Assembly (NCBI GenBank): GCA_951406725.2
Contig: OX597821.1
Location: 45,694,001-45,758,000, forward strand
DNA: 64,000 bases
Direction: 5' to 3'
Source of the DNA: Octopus vulgaris
Lineage: Eukaryota
Shown in pieces: positions 14,106 through 27,667 of this stretch. The notes beneath the pieces are model-generated. The model searched no databases. It was not told where the DNA came from and was given only the letters and a program-made list of their open reading frames with translations. Each line of letters begins with the position of its first letter. Within the stretch, counting starts at the first letter, position 1. The position numbers and the translations under genes were made by a program.

Positions 14106-15479
14106 AGAATATATATATATTGTATTTCGTGATGGTCACTATACACACACACACACACACACACATATCGCCCGGAGACAATTGCAAAGTAACCATTTCT
14201 TGTTTTATTTAATTAATAATTTGAACGAAGTATTTTTTAAGACGTTAATTTTTGAAGACCTATCAAACGACTGTTATGCTGTTAAAATCGCAGATTATAA
14301 TTCATGGAATTATTATTTCAGTAATTAGAAAATTCATAAAATATAAACATAGTTTCTCCCTTATTTATTTAGTCAATTAAACACGCACGTAATATAATGC
14401 CTTTAAAGAAGAGACTGTTTAATTTAAAGGAGATTTAAAAAAAATCTAAGTTGTCTATCAGTTTGGCTGTTTAATTGACATCTTAATTATTCAAAGTGTT
14501 TATAGATGGAATATTGAGGCATCATCTCCAATTTAGGTATTATTAGCATCATTCATTTTGTTACTTTCTCAGTAAGTCACTTTCCCTATTTTCCTTAAAG
14601 CTTCATGGATAATTTAATTAGATCCTAAAATTTTTTTTTACATCTGAATGCGAAATATCTTCAAATATCAATATGTATAGAATATTAAAAAAATTAAATA
14701 TTTTAATATATTGATTGCAAAGCAAAGAAATAAACACAAAAATATGTCTATATTATATATTACAAGACCAAAAATAAACAAATAAAATTAAACATGATCC
14801 AGGATGGCCGCAATCGAATGACTGAAAGAAGTAAAAGAGTAGTTATGATTATAATTAAGAGAAAATTGAAGCATTCAATATCGTAATTTCAGTCATATCA
14901 GCAAAAAATACTCTATATTTAATTTACCATGCGATAGCTCTTCGATTTTTTAAAATAAGCTAGTGGCACTGTAGTATAATGTAAAATTATAGGAACTCTA
15001 TGGAATCATTTACTGGATTATTTTTCTTTATCTTAGAGAACAAAGAAATATTTTAAACGACAAATGAATTCTACATATGTATAATTGATAAAAAGTAAAA
15101 CAATGGGTATCCTTCTTAGATTTTTATTGTAAAGCAATAAAAGTGACTAATTCCAATCTTGTAGCCAAAGCAACAGCATACCTTCATATTCACGAAAATT
15201 AATTTCTTTCTCACTTAACACTTAGATAACATCTCTTAATATTTCTAAAACCTCTCCTGTTAACTACTTCTAGTTGAAAGAGACGAAAGTTATACCAAGA
15301 ATTATAAGCATGAAAATAATAGGGTGGGAATCAAATTTCACTTGTAAGAAATCGTAAGGTAGAATTTCATTTATTTATGGAAGTTTCAAATGTGTTGCAT
15401 CTTAAAAAATCCTCGAAAAAAAAACTCAAATGAATAAGAAAATATACCGTGTAGCATTTATATTGCCTTTATTGCTATA

Positions 15480-15686
15480 CAGTAATCCCTCGCCATATCG
15501 CGGCTCACCTATCGCGGTTTATTATTAAAGCTTATGTCGATTCCTCCGTGATGTAGTTTTGTATTTATAATAAAATGAATATATACAAATTATAAAAATA
15601 ATTTTAAAAATATATACAGTACAGTACTGTTTCTACTTCGCGTGGGGTTTTGGAACGTAACACCCGCCGTAGTCGAGAGATTACTG
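15480..15686. mobile_element. pogo/Tigger-like MITE, 207 bp
   Basis: TIRs cagtaatccctcg / cgagagattactg, flanked by TA at 15478-15479 and 15687-15688. Confidence 0.85.
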
Positions 15687-15699
15687 TATTACTGTTATA

Positions 15700-15910
15700 A
15701 CGAACTGGCAGAATCATTAGTATGCCGGGCAAAATGCATAGCAATGTTTCATCCGTCTTTACATACTGAGTTCAAATTCCACCGAGGTAAAATTTTGCCT
15801 TTCATCCTTTCCGGATCGATAAAATAAGTATCAGTTGAGCACTGGGGCCGATGTAATCGACTCACCCCACCCCCGCAATTACTAACCTTGAGCCAACATT
15901 TGAAACCAAT
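15700..15910 (+). mobile_element. Deu/Nin-type tRNA SINE
   Basis: ctggcagaatcattag...gagttcaaattcc (B box)...gcctttcatcctttc. Confidence 0.82.
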
Positions 15911-18221
15911 ATGTAGTGGTTATTAAAATATATTTAGTAGATAAACTGCTGCAGGAATTTGTTTATCAGCTCAGTGTGTTTACACTCGGATTCCGGTGTA
16001 AACATTTTTGTTTTTAACACTTCAAAATCGAAGAAAAAATAGTACTTGTAATAATCTGATGTTAAATCAATCTTTGTATCTCACTTTTTCTTAGAAGAAA
16101 AATAAGACTTGTGTTCATTTAAAGTAACCATTACATAAAAATAATAATTGATTAATGATTGATTCTTACTTAGGAATGTAATCTGTGGGGTGTAGTGCTT
16201 TTTAGAAGATGAATTTGAAAATTGTGATGTTCAAACTTTTTTTTAAAACATTGTAGATAAAATGAAACAGTTCAAAACGGTTTCTATCGACAGTTTACAG
16301 AAAAAAACATTTTTATTTTACTATTGATGAATAATTTTCAGCGTTCATTCATTTTCCTGAGTGTTAATGTTAATGCAGTAATTTACATTAAACTACGTTA
16401 CTGACTGACCACCACCAACTCTACAACAAACATAATAATATTATTTAGCGTCGTCACAAGGGTACCAGTGTTATAGTAGATTTAATTGTCCCTTGTAACA
16501 GAGCAGTGCTTTACCGGTAATGGAAGAATAAAAAAGCATATTAAATAGAGAAGATGCTGTGACATTCATACCTTTCCCCGCCAAATAGCCGTTGTTATTG
16601 TAGTGTAAAAGGTTTCTATATGGAAAGCAACGCTGCTATGTGAGTTAAACGGAAAATGACCTGCATTTCGGTGCTCGCCAACAATAACAATAAGAACGGT
16701 TTCTTTTTGAAGATATAGTTGTCATAGCGGAAAGATTAAAAGAAAATATTTGAATTACTTTCGACAATGTTTTAATATACTTATTTTATCGTTTAGAACG
16801 GAATAATTGCAGAAATGATAAAGCACCGGACTAAATGCCTTAAACTATTCTTATTTTTCAGACAATAAAATAAGTGGGGCACAATGAGCAATATTTACTG
16901 CATTTTTGACCTTGAGAAATTTCATTTTTTAAAAATTTTTATTAATGTTCAATTCCTTACAAAAACTATATCTGCTAAGCAAATGACCTTCTCTAAAATA
17001 CTCTAACATATTCAGAAAATTTCTCCGTTCTCTGAATTATACTGTCAAATTTAGGTGGGGGAAAATAAGTAAGAGAAAATTAAGGTAAATTTGCCTCTTC
17101 CATTTTCCAGAATTACATTTGAAAAAAGACTCATACATCAATATCCGCCCTTAGACATTAGAAACTTTAAAATATTTGAGTTAAATGAAAGATGATCATA
17201 GGAAAATGACGCATGGAATGAAATTAATAAAACTCGGCTAAATCTAAAACCTCAACATAAAATATTCTCTATAAGTTCTTAACCATCTGCTGAAGTGGTT
17301 CTCTTCCTAATATATTTACGCATCTTGCAGACATAGAGAAATTACTCATTACTTGTTTTGCTCCACTTACGACAATTTCTTTTAAACAAAAAATAATCAA
17401 ATTAGACACTATTACGGGGTAAGTTGACTTGAAAACTAACAGGAAAAAGGATTTTTATTGTTAAGTACTAAAAATTACCCAGATATTTTGTTAGCAATCT
17501 CAGTTACAATCGGATTAAAGTGGAAGACAATTTTCTTGAAAAAAAAGTACCTGTCAACTGATTACGTTCCAAACTCTTTTAACTTCTACAGCAGTAACAA
17601 ATATGCTGACCAACTTTTACTCCCAAAGATGATGCAACAGTACAAAACGATGATGTATAATAATTTCAAACAAATAAAAAAGAAATACCAAAAAATCAGA
17701 AAATACTCATTTTGCCCACGTAATCATTTGCACCCACCACCCTCCCTACACCCCGCCATATCGATAAAATACGGTAACGATTTGATTCACATAACTTCTT
17801 CGTTTGTGTAAAAACTATGTACATTCGGAAAAGAATTTTTATGGTTGGAACGTTCTTATTCTTATTCTTTTAATAGGGGAATAGAAAGTGTTACTAATTT
17901 TAAAATACCGCTAAGAAGGATTTCGTGCCAACCAGACGTTTATATATATATGACGATTTATAAATAAATAGGATTACTATTAACGAATTCTGGGACATCA
18001 GGTAATAGTTTCAAAGTATTCATTTTAGTATTTCTTCAAGTACAGGGAATATACTAACTAGCGAAATATATAGCCAGGTGTCACACACGCACACACACAC
18101 ACACACATACACACACACACACACGCGCACGCACGCACACACACACACGCACACGCACACACACACACACACACAACATTTTTGGTTTTGAAAACTCTGA
18201 TTAATATTAAGTCCTATAAAG

Positions 18222-18655
18222 AGGGCGGTGGGTTGGTCGAACCGTAAGCACGCCAGACAAAATGCTTAGCGGCATTTTGCCCGTCTTTCGTTCTCAGTTC
18301 AAATTGCGCAGGAGTCAATTTGCTTTTCATCCTTTCTGAGTCAATAAAATAAGCATCAGCTGAGCACTGAGGTCGAGGAAATCGACTGACCTCTCCTTCA
18401 AAGTTGCTGGCTTTATGCCAAAATTTGAAACCAGTGATAACATCTACAAAGATGGCGAGCCGGCAGAATCGTTAGCACGCCGGGGAAAAGGCTTAGCGGC
18501 ATTTCATCCTCCATTATGCTCAGATTTCAAATTCCCTCGAGGTCGACTTTGCCTTTTATCCCTTCGGGGTCGGTAAATTAAGTACCATTTGAGCATTGGG
18601 GTCGATGTAATCGACTTACTTCTCTCCTGATATATGCCAGCATTTGGAACCGATA
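18222..18655 (+). mobile_element. Two head-to-tail Deu/Nin-type SINE copies
   Basis: Head, B box and core occur twice (from ~18222 and ~18452). Confidence 0.82.
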
Positions 18656-19130
18656 TTAAACTCTATAAATTTTAGATCAATTCAAACTAGTGTTTAATCT
18701 CTACAATCTTATAATGCAGTACAAAAGTGTTTAGAGATTTGATATGTATGCTAAGATAAATATAAAGTAGATGTATCTCCATCTCTTTCGACTTGAGTAT
18801 AGCGTTTGTTTCGTCAACTGAACTGCCTACTCATAGAATCATAGCTTATGTGGTCGAGTACTGCACAAACACTTGTTAGATTACGTAATTCGTAGGATGA
18901 ATCAGCATAACACTGTTAAGAACAAGAATGGCCCTTTGATATGAAGGTGCTGTCCAGCTGATGATCTTACATGGCATTTCACTCATATGACTTTCGTCAA
19001 CCTGTGGCTAGGTTAAAAAAATCAAGATAACACGTAGTGGTATTGAACTCAGAACCTTGGGGTTGCGAACTCTTTAAGCATTCGATGCCTGTATTCATTT
19101 TTTTTTTTGGTAGGTATTAGTGTCTGTATG

Positions 19131-19564
19131 AAGCGGCGAGCTGGCAGAAACGTTAGCACGCCGGGTGAAATGCTTAGCGGTTTTACTTCTGCCGCTACGT
19201 TCTGAGTTTAAATTCCGCTGAGGTCGACTTTGCCTTTCATCGTTTCGAGGTCGATTAAATAAGTACCAGTTACGCACTGGGTCGATATAATCGACTTAAT
19301 CCGTTTGTATGTCCTTGTTTGTTCCCTCTGTGTGTAGCCCCTTGTGGGCAGTAAAGAAATAAGAAACGTTAGCACGCCGGGCAAAATGCTTAGCGGTATT
19401 TCGTCTGTCTTTATGTTCTGAGTTCAAATTCCTCGGAGGTCAACTTTGCCTTTCATACTTTCAGGGTCGATAAATTAAGTACCAGTTGCCTACTGGTGTC
19501 GATCTAATCGACTGCTCCCCTCCCCCCAAATTTCGGGCCTTGTGCCTAGAGTAGAAAAGATTAT
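19131..19564 (+). mobile_element. Composite of two Deu/Nin-type SINE copies
   Basis: Young copy ending gtaaagaaata joined directly to agaaacgttagcacgccggg of a second copy that has a different tail. Confidence 0.88.
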
Positions 19565-19580
19565 TGTTTCTATGCAAACG

Positions 19581-19660
<80 letters not shown>

Positions 19661-19663
<3 letters not shown>

Positions 19664-20128
19664 TAAAAAAAGATGGGTGAATGTAGCAAGAATGGCACGT
19701 ATGAATGACGAAGCCACCTTGAGCATGATCCTATGAACCCAGAAATTGAAACAGAGAGTTGCTTATTCGCAAAAAAAAAAAAAAAAAAGAAATATAACAT
19801 GTGACTCCATTGACCGAGGTTACCGTGGTCTTTTCCGTAGGCTTTTCTTTCCACGGGTAAACCTCACCTGTCCTCCCCTTTACACTTCATATTGACATTT
19901 CTGTGATAACGATCCCTATTGATCAATTTTTTTTTCCTCTCCCCCTTTTTTTAACCCCCTTTTTTTTGTCCTCTTTCTCTCCTTTTACGATCCCTTTTGA
20001 TCGAAACTCCCCTTCCTTTTTTTTTAATTAAAAAATTTTTTTTTTTTTTTTTTAAACCTTCAAAAGAAAAGCTCTACCTTGTAATTTGTTCTATCTGTGT
20101 GCAGCCCTGTGTGGCTAATAAAGAAACA
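19661..20128 (+). mobile_element. 5'-truncated Tx1/L1-type LINE 3' end within (TATC)n
   Basis: FKKRWVNVARMARMNDEATLSMIL* resembles the ORF2 end at ~4690-4750; pyrimidine-rich UTR ending aataaagaaac; (TATC)n on both sides. Confidence 0.65.
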
Positions 20129-20217
20129 TATCTATCTATCTATCTAGCTAGCTAGCTATGTTATATACATAATATATACATTTTGTATATTTATATATAA
20201 AATGCATTATACACATA

Positions 20218-20390
20218 CAGGGTACGATGGGTAAATTGTCACCTTTTTATATCTTTAATTTCGCGAATGCCCATTTTGATTTTGTCGACTACACAGTATA
20301 GTAGAGTCAGTTGGGCACTGTCTGTGAGAAAATCAGCACCATAACGCAATTCGCTCTGCCGGAAATTTGGAAACGAAACGTTGCGCTGCC
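20218..20390 (+). mobile_element. Probable 5' end fragment of a Tc1/mariner DNA transposon
   Basis: Begins TA|CAGGGT, typical of Tc1/mariner TIRs; no matching right TIR seen. Confidence 0.45.
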
Positions 20391-20846
20391 AATAAAACTA
20401 ATAAAACTGAAATCTAGTAAATTGATTGATTTATCAAAATTACGTGAAAAGAAAAAAAAAAATTCTGAACGAAATTAACTATTCACCGGGAATATTCTCT
20501 CCTTTTCTTTTGAAATTGGAATGGAAAGAATTAGCGGCTATGACACAGTTTAAATCTAATGTAGTTAAGAAGTATTTGAAGTAAAGTATAATACTGTAAT
20601 TATGTTGTAACTATATTAATTACTTTTTAATATTCAACGTGCTTTCTGCGTGATGAATCTTCACTCAATGCATCTATGCAGACATATGTATAAATATATG
20701 CATATGCATAATAGGAATATATATATATGTTCCCAACCGCATATATAGATTATATATATATATATGTGTGTGCTAACTCTATCTTCCTTTTCCTTCATCA
20801 GTTATATGTATGTATGTGTGTATGTGTATCTATCTATCTATTTATC

Positions 20847-20878
<32 letters not shown>

Positions 20879-21009
20879 TGTATGTATGTATATATGCATA
20901 TATATCTAAATTATGACAATATTGGTTGTCAAGCGATCGTGGGGGAACAAACACAGACAAACACAAACAAACATATACATGTACATATATGTGTATATAT
21001 CTCTTTTTT

Positions 21010-21326
21010 TTTCTCTTGTTTCAGTCATTTTGACTGCGGCCATGCTGGAGCACCGCCTTTAATCGAGCAACTCGACCCCGGACTTATTCTTTGTAAGCCC
21101 AGTACTTATTCTATCGGTGTCTTTTGCCGAACCGCTAAGTGACGGGGGCATAAACACACCAGCATCGGTTGTCAAGCAATGCTAGGGGTACAAACACAGA
21201 CACACAAACATTAACGCACATACATATCTATACATATATACGACGGGCTTCTTTCAGTTTCCGTCTACCAAATACACTCACAAGGCTTTGGTCGGCCCGA
21301 GGCTATAGTAGAAGACACTTGCCCAA
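21010..21326 (-). mobile_element. CORE-type SINE, young copy
   Basis: High similarity to the copies at 25047 and 47391. Confidence 0.88.
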
Positions 21327-21403
21327 GTATATATATATATACAAATTATGAATATACATATATGTGCGTGTATATATATATATATACATACATACTTATA
21401 TAT

Positions 21404-21509
<106 letters not shown>

Positions 21510-21545
21510 GTATACACACACACTTATATATATAAATTATATATA

Positions 21546-21743
21546 GTCGAAGGCATGGTTCTGTGGTGAGAAGGTTGATTCCAAACCACATGGTTCCGTG
21601 TTCTGTCCCACTTCGTGGCACTTTGGACAAGTGTTTTCTACTGTAGCCTCGGGCAGACGAAAGACTTGTGAATAGATTTGGTACACGGAACTGAGAGAAG
21701 CCTGTCGTATATATACATATGTATATATATATGTGTATATAAG

Positions 21744-21798
<55 letters not shown>

Positions 21799-22060
21799 TT
21801 ATGTATATATGTGTATATATGTGTGTGTATGTGTGTGTGTATTTATATGTGTTTCTTTGTTTTGTCGCCCCACCATCGCTTGACAACCGGTGTTGGTGAG
21901 TTTACACCCCGTAAATTAGCGGTTCGGCAACAGAGACCGAGAGAATAAGTACCAGGCTTTCAATGACTAAGTTCTGGAGTCGATTAGCTCGACTAAAGAC
22001 AATGTTCCAGCATGACCGCAGTCAGACGACCGAAACAAAAAGAGTAAAAGACTGAAGAGT
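21546..22060 (+). mobile_element. CORE-type SINE with expanded internal (TA)n
   Basis: Head, CORE-like block and tail present. Confidence 0.85.
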
Positions 22061-22080
22061 ATATACATATATATATATAT

Positions 22081-22309
22081 TTCTTTACTACCCACAACGG
22101 GCTAAACACAGAGAGGACAAACAAGGACAGACAAACGGATGAAGTCGATTACATCGATCCCAGTGCGTAACTGGTACTTAATTTATCGACCCCCGAAAGG
22201 ATGAAAGGCAAAGTCGACCTCGACGGAATTTGAACTCAGAACGTAACGGCAGACGAAATACGGCTACGCATTTCGCCCGGCGTGCTAACGTTTCTGCCAG
22301 CTCGCCGCC
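22081..22309 (-). mobile_element. Deu/Nin-type SINE, full length
   Basis: Reverse complement of aggcggcgagctggcagaaacgttagc...gtaaagaaa. Confidence 0.9.
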
Positions 22310-22348
22310 TTTTATACGTATATATATATACATATATATATGTGTGTG

Positions 22349-22422
<74 letters not shown>

Positions 22423-22434
22423 TATATATAAATA

Positions 22435-22486
<52 letters not shown>

Positions 22487-22532
22487 GTTATGTATGTATA
22501 TTTATATATAGATTTATATGTATATATATATT

Positions 22533-22577
<45 letters not shown>

Positions 22578-22744
22578 ATAGAGGAATACATATATATATA
22601 GATTAGATATTTCTATAGTCACGCGCACGTGCATACGCGCTCGATCACATACACATATTGTTTTATTCCTTTATTTGTCTGTCTTTGGACTGCGGCCATG
22701 CTGGAGCACCGCCTTACAACGGAGACATCGGCCCTAGGAATTAT

Positions 22745-23012
22745 TATGCATGTTACTTATTCTATCAGTGCTTTTTTTCCCGAACCGATAAGTTAAGATG
22801 ATGTAAATACACCAACATCGGTTGCCAAAGGATGATAGGGGGTCAACCGCTGACACAAACGTACATATATATGTGTGTGTTTGTCAGTGTGTGTGTGTTT
22901 GTGTCAGCGGTTGACTCCCCTATCATCGCTTGGCAACCGATGTTGGTGTATTTACATCATCTTAACTTACCGGTTCGGCAAAAAAGCTCTGATAGAAGAA
23001 GTAATATGCATA
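22745..23012. repeat. Inverted repeat (~115-bp arms) made of CORE-SINE sequence
   Basis: 22745-22860 is near reverse complement of 22897-23012. Confidence 0.9.
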
Positions 23013-23083
23013 TATATATATATATATATGTACCGAAACATATGTACCGCTGAATCCTTGGCATCATGTTTTTATTTTGATTA

Positions 23084-23139
<56 letters not shown>

Positions 23140-23404
23140 TTATGACAGGCTTCTTTCAGTACCAAATCCACTTACAAGGCTTGGGTCGGCCCGAGGCTAT
23201 GGTGGAAGATACTTACCTAAGGTCTCACACAAGGGACTACAACCAGAACCATGAGGTTGGGAAGCAAGCTTTTTACCACACAACCTCGCCATATATATAT
23301 ATATATATATTTTTATAACATTAAATTTAGGGTAAAAATTGATATTTATCAATTAGAACCAGTGGTCTAGCATATTAAAGAAAGAATCCGAAGATTAAAA
23401 TATT

Positions 23405-23584
23405 TATATATACCAATTAAGGACTGAACACGAAAAAGTGGACAGTCAACATGCTAGATATAGACGTCAAATCGCCATTCTCCACAAAAAGTCTGAGAAC
23501 ATAGACTTTTTGTGGAGAATGGCGATTTGACGTCTATATCTAGCATGTTGACTGTCCACTTTTTCGTGTTCAGTCCTTAATTGG

Positions 23585-23592
<8 letters not shown>
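23405..23592. repeat. Perfect inverted repeat, 90-bp arms with 8-nt spacer (gagaacat)
   Basis: 23405-23494 is the reverse complement of 23503-23592. Confidence 0.96.
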
Positions 23593-23616
<24 letters not shown>

Positions 23617-23632
23617 TATAAATATATATATG

Positions 23633-23692
<60 letters not shown>

Positions 23693-23721
23693 GATATATA
23701 TATAAATATACATATATGCAT

Positions 23722-23761
<40 letters not shown>

Positions 23762-23772
23762 TACATATATGC

Positions 23773-23821
<49 letters not shown>

Positions 23822-23846
23822 TATATATATAAATATACATATATGC

Positions 23847-23887
<41 letters not shown>

Positions 23888-23889
23888 TA

Positions 23890-24172
23890 CTCTTTTATTC
23901 TTTTATTTGTTTCAGTCATTTGACAGCAGCCATACTGGAGTACCACCTTTCGTCGAGAACATCGACACTAGGACTTAGTTTGGAAAGCCTAGAGCTTATT
24001 TTATCGGTCACTTTAGCTGAACCGTTAATTTATATGGACGTAAACACACCAACATCAGTTGTCAAGCAATGGCGGGTGTGGGACAATTCCAGACACAAAC
24101 ATATGCAAATATATACATATATTAATAAATATATATACGACGGGCTTCTTTCAATTTCCGACTAACAAATCC
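23890..24172 (-). mobile_element. CORE-type SINE, 3' portion
   Basis: tgtttcagtcatttgacagcagccatactggag tail in reverse. Confidence 0.8.
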
Positions 24173-24577
24173 ACACCTATATATATATATATATTGATAT
24201 ATATAAATGTATGAATATGAGTATATATAAATGTATATATCATTGACAAAGGAAATGAGTCTTATGATTCTAATCCAGAAACGCACGTCCATGTTTAACC
24301 GAAGACTGTGTGATTTCATTATTTTTCTTCTTTTTTTGCCATATGTGAGTTACAAATATTGTTGTCTGTGGAGACATATTTTTGTAGAAAAAGGAAATAG
24401 TTGTCCTTTGGCTCCTATTTCTAAAATTTTCGGTATGTGGTCAAGCAACTTGTTGCAAAAACCCTTATTGTTATAATTATATCAATGCACATATATATAT
24501 AAAAGTATATATATATAAATGTATATATGTATATATATAAATATATATATTTAAATATATGTATATATAAATATAAT

Positions 24578-24614
<37 letters not shown>

Positions 24615-24622
24615 ATATGTAA

Positions 24623-24655
<33 letters not shown>

Positions 24656-24691
24656 CATACTAATATATATATACATATATATATGTATGTA

Positions 24692-24755
<64 letters not shown>

Positions 24756-24915
24756 CATCTATCTCTATATATATATGCACATAGCGTAATATGTTATACA
24801 TGTATGTATATTGTTGTAATTGTCATTTCAGTAAATAAATAAATAAATTGACATAATATAATGTCTAAAATTTGATGAATACCACCTATTGATCCCCTCC
24901 ATTTTCTTATTCCTC

Positions 24916-25027
<112 letters not shown>

Positions 25028-25046
25028 AAATATATATATATATTTC

Positions 25047-25113
25047 CAGGCCGACCAATGCCTTGTGAGTGAATTTGGTAGACGGAAACTGAAAGACGTC
25101 TGTTGTATATATG

Positions 25114-25147
<34 letters not shown>

Positions 25148-25345
25148 GTTTGTGTTTGTCCCCCTAGCATTGCTTGACAACCGATGCTGGTGTGTTTTCG
25201 TCCCCGTCACTTAGCGGTTCGGCAAAAGAGACCGATAGAATAAGTACTGGGCTTACAAAGAATAAGTCCCGGGGTCGATTTGCTCGACTAAAGGCGGTGC
25301 TCCAGCATGGCCTCAGTCAAATGACTGAAACAAGTAAAAGATAAA
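25047..25345 (+). mobile_element. CORE-type SINE, 5'-truncated young copy
   Basis: ggccgaccaatgccttgtgag...caaatgactgaaacaagtaaaag. Confidence 0.88.
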
Positions 25346-25395
25346 AGAAAGAAGATATACATATAAATATATATATAAATACATATATAACTATA

Positions 25396-25443
<48 letters not shown>

Positions 25444-25792
25444 TATTTATATATAATCATATATATATATATATATACATACATATACACACACACACAA
25501 ACACACTCACACACACACACATACACACACACACACACACACATATATATAGACGCAAGAATGGCTGCGTAGTGAGTAGCTTGCTTACCAACCACACGGG
25601 TCTCGGTTCAGTCCCACTGCATGGCAGCGATATTGCTTTGTTCACTTCACGTAATTCTAGCTTTTCGGCAAAAAGGATCTATAGAATAAGTACTATGCTG
25701 GGGTCGATTTGTTTGACATGGCCGCAGTGAAATTACTGAAATAAATCAAAGAATATATATATAATATGTATATATATAAATATATGACTATT

Positions 25793-25830
<38 letters not shown>

Positions 25831-25833
<3 letters not shown>

Positions 25834-26030
25834 AGGGAAAGTTTACGAAAATAAACAAAAGACGAAGGCAGGTGGTGTACAAACAAACAGATGTATTAGT
25901 ATAGCGCTGAGGAATAGAAAAAGTCTTTTACGTTTCGAGCCTAAGCTCTTCTACAGAAAGATACACAGAAAAAAACAAGGAGAGAAACAAGGAGAGAAAA
26001 AAAGGAGAGAAAAAAAGGAGTGAAAAAAAA
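25831..26030 (-). mobile_element. Solo PLE 3' tail with hammerhead-like motif (25924-25961), abutting (TA)n
   Basis: Homologous to 7665-7830; tcttt CTGTAGAA GAGC ttag GCTC GAAAC GTA aaaga. Confidence 0.75.
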
Positions 26031-26095
26031 ATAAATATATATAAATATGTATATACACACAAATATATGTATATAAATATATATATCTATACACA

Positions 26096-26155
<60 letters not shown>

Positions 26156-26198
26156 CATATTTTTATTTACGTATATATGTATATATATATACACAGAG

Positions 26199-26235
<37 letters not shown>

Positions 26236-26319
26236 TATATATATATAAACATATATATATATATACATACATTTATATATATAAAATAAATATACATTTA
26301 CATATATTGATATATATAT

Positions 26320-26516
26320 GACTGCGTGTGTACCGTTGGTGATTTTTTTCCCTCTGTCTTCCCTTCTCTGGATCTTTCCTTCTCCTATGTTTCCGACGAA
26401 GAGCTCCGCTCGAAACGTTAAACCCTCCTTCTTTCCTTCTTTCCTGAGCGTCCAATAATACTATATTTGTTCCACGTCCTCGCGTTGCTGTGTTTTTTGT
26501 GCTTTCTTGTTTGGAT

Positions 26517-26520
<4 letters not shown>
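26320..26520 (+). mobile_element. Solo PLE-type 3' tail with hammerhead-like motif (26389-26423), ending in (TA)n
   Basis: gttt CCGACGAA GAGC tcc GCTC GAAAC GTT aaac; homologous to 28600-28812 and 45792-45960. Confidence 0.75.
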
Positions 26521-26590
<70 letters not shown>

Positions 26591-26636
26591 TTATACACAT
26601 ACAAACATACATACATACATATATACATACATATAC

Positions 26637-26693
<57 letters not shown>

Positions 26694-27627
26694 TTTATAT
26701 ATATATATATATCAGTAATATCTTAAATTGAATCCAATCCAAGGAAAACAGGGATTATAACATGCGATCTTTCCCCGGCTCAATCGTTTAATACCCAATT
26801 CAGTAGAGAAAAACTTTAAAATTCACATGTGTATACATTAAATTTATAAAAATGGATTGTAAATGGAGATATGCAATTGTGAATTGAACATTTTAAAGTT
26901 TAATAACGTCATATTATATAATATTATTCTCTTATAAAAATATAGTAGAATAAATATGATATAATATAATAGATAATACATCAAATTAATGATTATACAT
27001 ATATGTATATAATTATATTGAGAGGGCAACATGCTTAAAAATTATACATGTATGTATATAATTACAACAAGAGAGGAACATGCTTTAAAATACCGGCGCA
27101 TTCAGATATTATAGTTATATACATACGTGTATAATTATCAATTTAATGTACAGATTACCTATAAATTTTTATTGCATTCTGACTACCTAATAAAAATCAT
27201 TAACGTGATTTTATCCTTATATTCTCACATCAATTAGCATCTATAATAAATGATAAATATGAAATGCAAATTACAGTGTGGGTCTCATCAGGTGTATCTA
27301 TACATAAAGTTTTGTGTTTCGCTAAAGATCCTAAAGTACACCATGAGACCCAGACTGCAAAAACTGATGCAACACAAGAGGTTGAAATGACAACCACCCA
27401 TAAGGGACAATAACAGTATGGGCCGAAACGACCTTTCGTACAAAATAAAGATTAATACCAAATCCATCTTCCCGTTACTTAAGAAGTTATTATAATTATT
27501 ATCTCAACTAACAATTCAGAATTCCTGAAGTAGATCCAACGGAAATATACCCCGATGACACCAGGTAGCCATTGCTCTACTCAACACTTCAACACACTAA
27601 TCGACATATACCCATTTCCCCCAAAAT

Positions 27628-27667
<40 letters not shown>

